Origin: Isurus oxyrinchus | Taxonomy: Eukaryota | Assembly: GCA_026770705.1 (NCBI GenBank) | Contig: JANJGN010000038.1 | Coordinates: 11,160,001-11,224,000 of the forward strand | DNA length: 64,000 nt | Direction of reading: 5' to 3' | Shown here: in pieces, positions 28,947-40,204 of the stretch | Layout of the letters: each line of letters starts with the position of its first letter | How positions within the stretch are numbered: position 1 is the first letter of the stretch | Made by a program: the position numbers and the translations under genes | The notes under the pieces: generated by a model | Seen by the model: only the letters and a program-made list of their open reading frames with translations | The model's database searches: none | Told to the model about the DNA's origin: nothing

Positions 28947-29201
28947 GTTACTGTAAAATGCCTTCATCAGTTATTGTCTCTTATATTAACGCACCAAAAC
29001 CAAGCTACAATGATATACAAGATCATTACATTCTACAGGGGGTGGCGAAGGATAACAATGCAAAGGATTCCATCTGAGTGAAGCTTTGTTGCGCAAAGAA
29101 ACATTAGCAAAAGGACAAAGTGGTTCAAATCCTGTTAATTTATATTAATGTACATTTATTGGCATTAATTGAAGGGAGGACTTTTGATCAGGGAACATTT
29201 A

Positions 29202-29345
29202 TGTGTGTGTGTGTGTGTGTGTGTACATCTGTGTGTGTGCGTGTGTGTGTGAGTGTGTATGTGCGCATATGTGTACGTCTCTGTTTGTCTGCCTGTATCT
29301 CTGTGTGTCTGCTTGTTCACTTATTTGCCTGTGCGTGTTTGTCTA
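29202..29345. repeat. (TG)n microsatellite, imperfect
   Basis: Direct inspection. Confidence 0.9.
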
Positions 29346-29749
29346 AACACATCATTCTTAATGTTTCTATGCGAATTCTACAAAGGTAAATGATTATGTT
29401 TTCCAGTTATGTTTCTATATTTTATTCTCTTTGATTAAAAATATAATTTTAGGTCCTGTAATATCCTTAATGTGCATTGATTATCCATTTATTTTGTTCT
29501 CATATTTAGATCGCATTGTCCCACCGATCCGTTACCAAGGCAATGTCTGTCCTCAGAAATCATTTGTGAAAAGTGATTAAATCGGAGCATGCATAACGTG
29601 TATGAACACATTGTTCTTTGTGACAGATTGTTAGTTGATCAAAAGCGCATCTCACGGGACCTTGTATTGATTTCTGCATGTTGCAGTAAAAGTGAGAATC
29701 TCACTATCCGTGACCTGAGATTAATAAAACATTTCCTTCAGTCAGAAAG

Positions 29750-30340
29750 AAATCGAATTATATCCAACAACCATTTGCAACTATATAGCCCCTTTAATGT
29801 CGTAAATCGCTGCACGTTGATTCACCAGACCACTAACAGGCCAAGTCTGACACCGAGTCACGTAAGGAGACACAAGGGTGGATGACCATACATTAGGTCA
29901 ACGACGTAACTTTTAGTGAGGGTAGTAAAGGAGGAGAGAGGGAGAAGGGGTTTATGAGTGAATTCCATGGCTTAGGGCCAAGGCAGTTGGCAACAAGTGA
30001 TAAAATTCACGGATACAAAAGATGTGAGAATTCGAGGAGGGAAGGGGGAGGATTGTGAGGCTGAAGGAGCTGATAGGGATGGAAGTGGTGGTTGTAAGGT
30101 CGGGGGAGAGGTGGTGGAGGCCATGGAGGGAGTTTAACAATTGTGATAATTTTATTACTGATGCATTCCTTAACCGAGAACCGCTGTGAATCAGGGAGAA
30201 TAGGGTTGATGGGCCAACTGGACATGTGTGCCTTAAGATATGGGCAAGAGCATTTATCTTGAGCTCCTATTTATGGAAGGTGGACTCTGGGGGGATGGTC
30301 AGGAAACCATTGGAATATTCAGGTCTAGAAGTGACAAAGA
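29750..30340 (-). mobile_element. Degraded L2-like LINE 3' fragment
   Basis: Tail aacaaccatttgcaactatatagcccctttaa followed by the purine-rich antisense L2-type body. Confidence 0.5.
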
Positions 30341-30374
30341 GTTCGATGGGAGTTTTAATGATCTGCCTATGTCA

Positions 30375-30930
30375 TGTAGACCCAGAAACAGGGAATAATT
30401 AATTGGGTTTCTGCTCCTATGTCTGTCGGTGTCATATAGGACCAGTAACAAATAATCAATCCTAGGGTTTGTGCTCGCATGACTGCCTGTATCAAATAGG
30501 CCCAGCATCTGGAGATAATGCCCAGGGCTTGTGATTCAATGTGTGTCTGTGTGACTTGGGACCAGCACCTGGGAATCATTAATATGACGTGTGATTCAAG
30601 GGCACTTCGTATCAGATAATCCCTGCACCTATTAGCAATATCCAGGTTTTGAACAACTAAACGGTCATACATCAGCAAATCCAGGTTCTGGGGACAATTC
30701 CCAGCGTTTATGTTCTCTGGTGAGTCTGCTGGGCCCAGGTGCTTGATACAAACCCCAGGATTTATGCTCACTGATGCTTCTAATATCCCCCAGTCTCTAG
30801 GAATCACATTCAGGATTTGTGCTCCCTGGAGCGTCAGATGGTTTCTGTCACAATTGCCTCATGATCTGAGAATCTTTCCCAGGATTCATACCTCGGTACT
30901 TCAGAGAGGATACAGGTTCTGGGAAGCAAT
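30375..30930. repeat. Degenerate ~60-bp minisatellite
   Basis: ccag motif recurs in register at ~30381, 30441, 30501, 30561, 30621 and 30681, followed by cccaggg/tttgtg-like motifs. Confidence 0.55.
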
Positions 30931-32239
30931 CTCAAGGTATGAATTCATTCGAAATGAACGTCCATATACCCAATGGAGATGAACCTGGACTGTTTGGAAA
31001 CATTGTTGCTGGGCAGATCTGTGTATAAATAGGTTCCTTTGCTAACAGCTGGGTTCTTGTTGCCTTGCTCTATTTGATCTGCGGGCAGGAAACTGGTTGT
31101 TGAAGTTTCTGCACAGCAGCCACAGATGTTTCCTGTAAATTGAAATGTGAATATTCTCTCCTCCCTGATGGTGGAATGCTGGATTCCTGTTGGGCAGAGA
31201 TATGGGATGAACGTGTTGTTCAACAAACTGGGAATAAATTTAGCAGCAAATGAAACGTTAGGCAATCTTAATCTAAATTGCATTTCTTATGAGATGATAT
31301 TAAGGAAACTGCGTTTTGTGTATGGCAGGTGCAGAACAGACTAAATGCGGCAAGAACAGTACAATGAATTCGGGATTTTAATTAATTAAGGCCAATTTGA
31401 TTCTGATAATTGCGAAGTTCTTTCACAATCCTGTAACATGGAATGCCAGCTGAGCTGGTATCACACAGATATAAATAACACATTAACTACTCTGATACTA
31501 ATGTTTGATTCATTTAACGATTTTGTAATTTACCCAATGGTCTGAAGACGGTGGAGTCACAATCCCAATCTGGAGACTGGGAACTCATATTATTCACTGA
31601 ACTGTTAGTACAATTGTAATGGCAGGCTTTATATTTTCATATGTAACCCGTTAGCACATTTGGTCTTGGCACCTGAAAAGCTGAGCACAACTGGCTTGAT
31701 ATCACCATAAATTCAATGATTTCTCATCCTTGGTGCAAATTAACAACATCAAAAAAAAAAATCAAACTCGTGATGCCCCAAAACTCTGAATATAATTTAT
31801 GATTTAGTGGGGTCACCCAGATCGATATTGTTTTATCTGCATTGCTAAATATTTCCCAATGGTTTGTGGGATAAATCTGTCACATCAATTAGAAAGATAG
31901 ACATGGTGATTTAATTCTTAACTAAACAGGGTTCAGCTGCTCTGTGCAGCGTCATCACACACACATTCCTCGGTGCAAATCTCAACTTCTCCCATTTAGA
32001 ATCATTCACTGTGAAATGAAAGAACAATATTCACACTGGTGACCAGAAATCCAGTGGAAAATTGATTCACGGAGGATTGTTTTAAAGTGAAGTTTCACAT
32101 TTCACGATGGATTATATCTGAAATTAAGTGACATTATTCCGAAACTGTCGATGTCTTGGGACAAATATAATAGCTTTCTCTGAGCAAATATCAGTAACAT
32201 TTGTATCTTTTATCACACAGATAGGGGAACATGGAAATA

Positions 32240-32560
32240 AAGAAGACATACATTTAACCAGTGCATTTCACAACCACAGGATACCTTAAAGCGCTTTATA
32301 GGCAATGAAGATTTGTTTGTTTATTTATAAACCTATAATCACCATTGTATTGCAAGGAACGACAACCGTGAATTTACGTATAGGAAGATCCAACAAACTG
32401 CGCTGTGATAAATCACTAGATAAGCTGATTTTGGGATGTGGCTGAACGAGAAATATTGGCCCCAGGGGATCTCTCCCTTCATCTTCGGAATAATTCCATG
32501 GGTGTGTTTAGGTCCTTCTGAGAGCAATTGGACACTGAGCACATGTGAGGTGTTTATTGG
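32240..32560 (-). mobile_element. DeuSINE-like element upstream of the VH promoter
   Basis: Reverse complement of the 17290-17490-type sequence (tttcacaaccacaggataccttaaagcgcttt...ttggccccagggg). Confidence 0.55.
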
Positions 32561-32805
32561 GAATGTAAAGATTCGCACTGAATAAATTTAAACCGGCTTT
32601 GGAGAGAGAGTATCACATCCCAAAGGATAAATAGACAATCAAAAAGATACGTTTGTGGAACACGGAATATTAATGGTTAATAATTGTTTATACAGCTGGA
32701 CTCAGACAGGAAAAAGGAGGAGGAGCCAGGCTGTTAACAGGGGGAGGAGAGTGACACCCATTATCCAGCTCTGTCTCTCTCTCTCTCTTATTTGACTCTA
32801 GCTGG

Positions 32806-32813
32806 TATAAATA
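32806..32813 (+). promoter_or_regulatory. TATA box of the VH promoter
   Basis: TATAAATA ~100 bp upstream of the leader ATG. Confidence 0.75.
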
Positions 32814-32903
32814 GCAGGACGGTTCAGCTCCCGGTTCACAATCCGCAGGTGTCGCTGTGACGGAGAGTCACGCTCCTAAGTCAGTTGTACCCAGAGACTG
32901 AGG

Positions 32904-32949
32904 ATGGGATTTGCGCTGTGCCTTTGCTTCTTACTGGCTTACTTCACCT
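32904..32949 (+). CDS. IGHV: Ig heavy-chain leader exon (MGFALCLCFLLAYFT)
   Basis: ATG, hydrophobic signal peptide, phase-1 donor T|gtgagt that splices in frame to the V exon. Confidence 0.92.
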
Positions 32950-33076
32950 GTGAGTATCCCTGACTGTATAAGTGATACAACAGAAGTCTGCTTCTTGTCT
33001 GATATCGCGTTGCTATTTCCATTCACTGATTTGATTGTTTTTTAATGCAATTACATTTTTTTCCATTCGCTAACAG

Positions 33077-33378
33077 ATGTCCAATCCGCCATCGTGCTGA
33101 CCCAGCCGGCTTCAGAGACCGCTAAGCCCGGACAATCTCGCAAACTGTCCTGTTCGGTGAGCGGGTTCAGTCTGGACAGCTACTATGTGCACTGGGTTAA
33201 ACAAGTTCCTGGGAAAGGGTTGGAGTGGCTCCTTGCTTTCTACAAACCCTCGTCAACCACGTATTATGCGAATGGGGTCGAAGGTCGAATCATCCCATCA
33301 AGAACTTCGTCCACAACTTACATTGAGATCAAAAATCTGAGACCCGAAGACACCGTGAGGTATTACTGTGCAAAAGAC
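33077..33378 (+). CDS. IGHV: Ig heavy-chain V segment (IgW-like framework), open frame
   Basis: Acceptor taacag; reads YVQS-AIVLTQPASETAKPGQSRKLSC...WVKQVPGKGLEWLL...DTVRYYCAKD with canonical Cys, Trp and YYC; followed by a 23-RSS. Confidence 0.97.
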
Positions 33379-33417
33379 CACAGCGACCTGAACAAGCCCA
33401 GAGCTCGTACAGAAACC
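33379..33417 (+). other. V 3' recombination signal sequence (23-RSS)
   Basis: CACAGCG-23 nt-ACAGAAACC. Confidence 0.95.
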
Positions 33418-33768
33418 GCAGAGGAATAATTGCAGCGAATCATAGGTCAGTATTAGCTCAAAATAGGTTGAGAGTTGTGTTTGAACCTCGATTGAAAAGT
33501 TATGTTTTCCAAAGCAATAAAGTGGCGAAGAATAAAAACAAAATGTTGACTAACTCTTTATATTGAAGAGCATAGTTACCGCTTGGAATGTGCACAACTG
33601 ATGACTAGGAGTCAAATGGAAATATTGACAAATTATTATGTGAATAGGGATAATTTTAGCCCAAGGTTCTGCTCCTGATTAAAACTCTTGGATGAATTGT
33701 AATCAAAATCTGCAAATCTGCTGATTGAAAGGTTTTATTTCTTATAGCAACAATCAGTGAGTGAGAGC

Positions 33769-33846
33769 AGTATTTGTGCTGGCTTGTGTCACTGTGGTAC
33801 TATGGGGGTACTGGATGGCACAGTCGTTACTGTTAATGCAAAAACC
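33769..33846 (+). other. IGHD: D segment (coding 33797-33818) flanked by two 12-RSS
   Basis: AGTATTTGT-12-CACTGTG | gtactatgggggtactggatgg | CACAGTC-12-GCAAAAACC; all three forward frames are open (VLWGYWM / YYGGTGW / TMGVLD). Confidence 0.93.
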
Positions 33847-34168
33847 TCATCGGGGCTAATTGTTTGCATTTCGGTCAACGCATGTGTCTTACTTTAAAAC
33901 AACATTAAACAAAGCCCTATCTGTGCCTGGAATTCCCCAGTTGACAGGTTTCAAAAGGTGCTAAAGTTTTAATTATTAAATCATTGGTTGTTGATTTCAA
34001 TGCATGATCATCAGTTACTCTGCGAAATACAAATAAAACAGTGTAATTTAAAGTCTTTAAAAAAATTCACAATTTTACTTTTTTGATAAAGTCGATCATG
34101 ATTTTACTTTGCCTCTCGTTTCGTAACATTTAAATTAATATGGAATTTCTCCCCTTGTGTGCAGATCT

Positions 34169-34207
34169 AGTTATTGTGTGACCCAGACCAGCGAATGTAA
34201 CACTGTG
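34169..34207 (-). other. J 5' recombination signal sequence (23-RSS)
   Basis: AGTTATTGT-23 nt-CACTGTG. Confidence 0.93.
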
Positions 34208-34255
34208 ACTATATGGAATATTGGGGCCAAGGAACCATGGTGACGGTGACTGCAG
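34208..34255 (+). CDS. IGHJ: Ig heavy-chain J segment (YMEYWGQGTMVTVTA)
   Basis: WGxG motif and phase-1 donor G|gtaag. Confidence 0.97.
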
Positions 34256-36158
34256 GTAAGAAACAAGCCTTCATTCTGCGCTGTTGGATTTGCTTCATTG
34301 TTTCACATTTCTGTTTATTTTAGTCATTAATGTGTTAATCGAAACTTTGCATTCTGTGTTTACAATGTTTCATTTAATTATGCTGCAAAGGGATTGAACA
34401 ATTCTCCTGCTTCTCGGCAAAAAAAAAGCTCTGGGAGTTTTAAGGACTTGTTTGAGTGATTTGCATTTTACCTGCTGCTGAGGCTTTGTGCCTGGCTTAA
34501 ATACCTGAGTTTTGTTAAACAGTTTGGTGTTTCTACCATGTTTAATCTCGGTGACATCTGATTGCTGCAAGTTTTCTAATCGACTGAAAACATTGTGTTT
34601 AAAAGAGATGGAAATAAGATTGTAGACAGGAAACCGAGTGCTATCAAGGTCAAAATTATGGGTATTAAAATAAATGTTTGCCATTTTTATTTGTGTTTAA
34701 CTGCGCTGAAAAATATCAATATAATGTTGACCAACATTCATCTTAAATAAGTGAAATGCTACGATAACTAAGAACAACAGAGTTAACAAATTTGCTGCCT
34801 GGGTCATGTTTAAATGAAACAACTTGAAACATTAAAATGCAGTAATATCGCCAGACATTACTAAAATATACAGTGAAAATCAACACAATGCATTAAACAT
34901 GATGCATCGAAGTACAATTCTTCTGCCATTGTTTCATATTTCTGTTTATTTTAATAAATAACTTGTTCAATGAAAGGCGATTTTGGTGCGATGTATTGAG
35001 GTTGATTTGAAATGTTGCATCCGATTCTGCTGAAAGGACTTAGGTAATTAAGCAGTTGTTGGATTCACTCCCTCGGTGTTGTGATTTGGTGCTAAGTGCT
35101 GATGAGAGTATGTGCCTGGGTTACTTTGAACAGTTAAAGCTCGTGGACCTGTTTGGTGATTCTACAACGTGTAATGTCGATCACATCTACCGTGTGTTGG
35201 TGATGTGCTTAAACCATTGTGAAGGAAGGTTATAGTTATAAAGCAGGCAGGCTTTTTAATCAATTGTGATAGATATATTGATGCATTTTTATTTCAGTGC
35301 TAATTGCAGATTCAAAAATTAATATTTTGTTTCCGATATTCCTATTTAATACTTGAGGTAATAATGCAATGTTAAAGTACATGACCAGCGAATTTGAACT
35401 GTGATGGGGAGTTAAATGAATATAACTCAAACGCTTATAACGCGGCAATATTTCCCAAGATTACAACAATAAAAAATAGTATTGTTAGACATTTAGCAGA
35501 TAATCTGTTCGATCCACAACTCTGCTGTAAACACAGCACAATTAATATCAGCTGGACAAATGCAGAGGTTCCAGCAATTTCCATTGTTTTTTTTTAAATT
35601 ATAATACACACTGATCACACTGCAGTGTTTAGTTCAAACAAGGATTTTAAATAATTGTTTGCTCCCTGGTTTACACAGGTTGAAAGGTGCTAATTAATTA
35701 TCAATATTAAATCTGTTTTGTAAATTGTAATTTAATATATCTGCCGGGCTGCTGAAGCTTTGCTGTGCAGCCAAACGGCGCTGTTCCTTCAATTTTGGTG
35801 TAGCCCATTATCACTAAGCTAATCTTAAACAGTTTGCAGTTAAGGAATTGCTCAATAATTCTATTCAAATTCAGAGAAAGTTCAGAATGCATAAGGCTGG
35901 AGATGGACAAACATTGCTATTGAAGCAGGTTGGCTTAATTATAAATGTAACTTCTGAATTGAAGAACAACAACCAATCTTGCAAAGCTGTGAGATATACT
36001 GGTTGAATGAGTTGGGAGCTACCTTTAATTCACATTAAAATCGTTGTTCTTTTTGCTCGTTGAGTTTCAGTGTCTCAGGTGATGCAGAGGAATTGTCATC
36101 TCTCAGTTCTGCATTGGCGATTGTGGATCTTAATTTCAATAAGTTGCATTATATATTT

Positions 36159-36354
36159 AAACAGAAAATGCTGAAAAAATACTCAGCAGGACTGGCAGCA
36201 TCTGTCCATGGAGAAGCAGAGATCTGAAGAAGATTCATATGGATTCGAAACGTTAACTCTGTTTCTCCCTTCACTGATGCTTCCAGACGTCCTGAGTTTT
36301 GCCAGCATTTTCCGTTTTTATATCAGATTCCCAGCATCCGCAGCATTTTATTTT
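36159..36354 (+). mobile_element. Hairpin Penelope-like element with a hammerhead-ribozyme motif at the apex
   Basis: Inverted arms at 36159-36223 and 36255-36320; apex CTGAAGA-A-GATTC-atatg-GATTC-GAAAC-GTT; TSD cattata(t/g)attt at 36147-36158 and 36355-36366. Confidence 0.78.
36210..36268 (+). ncRNA. Minimal type I hammerhead ribozyme motif (predicted)
   Basis: Stem I ggagaagcagagat/aactctgtttctcc; core CUGAAGA; stem II with one U-U mismatch; GAAA; palindromic ACGU stem III; GUU triplet. Confidence 0.55.
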
Positions 36355-38564
36355 CATTATAGATTTGAAACTCATTTACGTGCATTGTGTGGATTACGGG
36401 AATGGTATATCGAAGTTTGGCTGTATTAGCTAGAGGAGGGTCCGAAAATGGCGCCAAACTGTCAGGGCTACATTAATTATTAAAAATAAAACTGCTGCTG
36501 AAATGTGGGTTGATATTTAAACTCCGGAGTCCTGCTTTAGTGACTAGAGGATGTTGCACTCCATTTTTTATTACCGATATGAGTAGCCGGATAGTGCTTG
36601 AACAATTTTAAGCTGCTCACTTATAAATATATCATGTGAAATACACGTTTAGAACAGAAGAGCTTTTACGTCGTGCAAACATAATCACAAACATGAAAAT
36701 CTTACATGGGTGTAGATATAACAGCACATTCTTATAAATTATTGATCATCTTAATTTATTAAAAGTAACATAATGTATTTGTCCGAAAGTGTATGGAATT
36801 GTTTGGTTAATTTAGGAAGTGTCACCTTAATTTAATTAAGCCTATTATTAACAAGAGACAAATCAGAAGAAAAATAAAATTATTAACAAATTTGGCATAA
36901 TGGAGTTATCAGTACGAATTCATTACAAAAAAAATCTCCCAAATGTGCTGCGCTACGTCCAAGATTAATGTTAAAACTCATGGTTGGAGACTTTTTAAAA
37001 TTATTTTCAATTAACTTGGAAAGCAACATGTTTCTCACTCAACTACCTTTAGCTCCATTGGATGTTGCTGTACAATTTAATTAATTATCTTCTTGTTTTG
37101 CCTCAGCAGTTTCAATGATTATATATTATTCTGAAATTATGTCAGTGAATAATAGGAGTTCAGTGTAAATATCTCCCGATTTGTTAAATTCATGCTCTAT
37201 TACAATGTCCCTGTTATAGACATAAATTACCATGAATGTAAATTATTTTGATGTACCTGTTCTCAGCCAAAATAACTCTAAGGCTGTTGTGAAAGCTGTA
37301 CACAGACAGGGAGAAATTGAGGCTCGTCAAATGGAGTTTTTCCATTTAGAATCAAAATAATTTCACAGAAGTGACATGGTCATAAATTTACAAACCTTTT
37401 AATCTATTCAAATGGATTAATTGGTACTGGAGAAATCTATGTTTAATAGCCTGATTTTTACCTTGTTTATGTCTGTTCTATTTCTACGTGTGTGGTCACT
37501 GTGCGAGAATCAGGAGCCTTCTGGCTGTTTGTGAACTTTCTGGTTCATTCTCCTGTAATTCAGGGAATTCATTTCAGACCATTTATTTAAGAAGTTTGTA
37601 TATCCAAGAAAGGTGCAAGTCTGTTCTTAAGTTTGAGAATGTGTCTCAGAAATAAGATCAGTATCCCAGTTTGTGGAATTCAGAGGGAATGCAAAGTGTA
37701 GAAAAATATTTTTCCTGTTCAGTGTTTGCTGTATCAGAGCCTGTGGTTTGTTGATGGTCCAATCTAAACGCAAGTTTAACTAACAATGCGGAATAGAGGG
37801 CATTTTAGAATGCATCCCACCATTAATATTCCTGAAGTACAGCGCTTCACAGGACTGTGCAAATAGAATTTTAGTATAATTCACCTGTTCTGTATCTGAC
37901 ATGAGAGTGTTGGCACTCTCAATATTCAAGGAACTTTAACCAGTATCAAACGCATTGGGCGTGAGTGCTCCGAATTAGATATGTAAAAGTAAATGATCAA
38001 TTCCTCCAATGAAGTAGCAGATCGCTAATTTAACGTACATTTCATTCCAAAAAAGCCAAGTTTGTGATGAAGGAATGATGATTAAACATTTTCAATATCA
38101 GATAATATTTGAAACAGATTGGCCTGATCTAAATTTCAATTTCAGGACAGTTACAGGAAGTGACGGTAACGTTACCTTCTGCGATATGATCGAATCTGGA
38201 AATAAATTCTGCAACTTAAATAGACAGTATGGTGCCTTACTCCTTGTCTAATGCAAACTACGGTAGAAATGAGAGCTGGAAAAATATGAATTTAACTTAA
38301 CTGAATGCACAGCCTGATTCCAACTGCCCGAAGGGCATTTGATGAACTATCAGAGAGGCAATTTTATTCTTGTTCCAAGGCCTTGCTGGGGCTGTGTATT
38401 TTATGTGGAACTTCAATGTTCTCCTCGCTTGTAACTAATCAGTACAGTCTGTGAACTGTGAACGTTTGATTGTGCAGGGTAGATGAAACGCCTTTTTCTG
38501 AACACATCTCTTCATGCATCCATTTTCCATCCATTGATGCAAAGATGGATATATTGTATAGTCT

Positions 38565-38840
38565 ATTTAACTATCTATCCATCTATCTATCTATCTTTCT
38601 ATTGATCTGTCTATCTATATATCTGTCCACCTGCCTGTCTTGTCTATCTGTCTGTCTGTCTCTCTTCTATCACTCTCTATCGCTCTTTCTCTATCGCTCT
38701 CTCTCTCTATCTATCTGTCCACCTGCCTATCTTGTCTTTCTTGTCTATCTGTCTGTCTCTATCTTCTATAACTCTCTATCGCTCTTTCTCTATTGGTCTC
38801 TCTCTTTCTATTCATCCATCTGTTTATCTGCCTATCTCTA

Positions 38841-38909
<69 letters not shown>

Positions 38910-38960
38910 GTACCGAGCTCTTTAACTCTCTGGCTATCTATCTATCTGTTTATCTAATCA
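38565..38960. repeat. (TCTA)n/(TCTG)n compound microsatellite in the J-C intron
   Basis: Direct inspection. Confidence 0.92.
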
Positions 38961-39744
38961 AGACAGCTGAAAATAATTGATTATTTGTAAACATCATTGA
39001 GAATCGGCAAATTTGGAGAGTTCATTCAGAAGTGTGATTGGCTGAAAGCCAAATGTCCATGCTTTCAAATAGTCACATTGATCAACTCTGGGTCATGCTT
39101 TATAAAAGTGCCAAAAGATTGTCTGTAAGTAATGAAGCTAGTCGATCCACCGGTTGGAGTTACATAATCTTTAGAGCAAATGCTGCCAAGCATCATCCAA
39201 GTTTATCCTCTGAAAACGACAACATGTTGATCATGAAACTATAATAGATTTGTCTAAAAACCCCTCTGGCCCACTGATGTCCTTCCTGGAAGATAATCGG
39301 CCATTCTTGCCCCGAGATAGGTAAATGTTACTGCATTAAATTAGTCATTTGCTGGTGAGAAGAGGTTGATAGTAAAATACTTTAAGCGAGAGCTCAGTGA
39401 AAATATTGTGGAAGGGTGTAAAGTGAAAGTGTTTGAGGAATGATTGATGTTTTCTTCAACAGAGGAGTAAGGGCTGGAGGAAGCCCAGGTTACAATATCC
39501 CGTATTTAACTCGCAATTATGTGGCCTCGTGGGCAGTATCTCCCTTTTCCGACTTGTGCCTCAACTTGTGTACAAGACTGGCCATCATGGCAGCGTGTCC
39601 CGTCGGGCATATCGACACCTAAAAGCAATTTATGACCAGGATATTTTGGAAATAAATTATCCCAATATTAAACTTCGAACAATTTGCTTATTTTATACTC
39701 ACGAATCACATTTTTAACTTGTTCAATTGACTTTTCATTCACAG

Positions 39745-40044
39745 CGACACCGTCTCCCCCCAACCTCTACGCTCTGCTCTCCTCCTGTGAACAAGCAAAC
39801 ACTGCCGGCTCCATCACCTACGGCTGTTTGGCTGCGGACTACTCCCCCGAAATCACCAGCGTTTCCTGGAAGAAAGGTCAAGAGACGATCACAGCTGGAT
39901 TGAAGACCTACCCATCAGTGCTGAACAAGAAGGGAACCCACACCCTGAGCAGCCAGTTAACCATCACCGAATCAGAGGTGGGAAGCAGCACAATCTACTG
40001 CGAGGTTCGACGGAGTGACTCGGTCTGGCTGAAGGAAATGCCAG
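39745..40044 (+). CDS. IGHM: IgM constant exon Cmu1
   Basis: [17 protein letters not shown]...[19 protein letters not shown]...[12 protein letters not shown]...IYCEVRR...KEMP, typical shark Cmu1; acceptor acag, donor G|gttcgt. Confidence 0.95.
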
Positions 40045-40204
40045 GTTCGTGTTGTGGGATGCACAGGGCGGCAGTGGCGGGGCTGGGTGAAGGGGGAACG
40101 TGGTCAGCAAATGAGTTATGTTCAAATTCTGCATCACATGGGTTAGAATGGAATGGGAATATTGTGTATAGTTCAGGTGCTCATATGACACTTAGTGTGG
40201 ATAC

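Noticed and set aside
35585-35645. Possible additional D segment (cacactg heptamer-like sites)
   Set aside because: No properly spaced nonamers, and it lies downstream of J
38470-38980. 151-aa and 82-aa Leu/Ser-rich ORFs
   Set aside because: Translations of the TCTA/TCTG microsatellite
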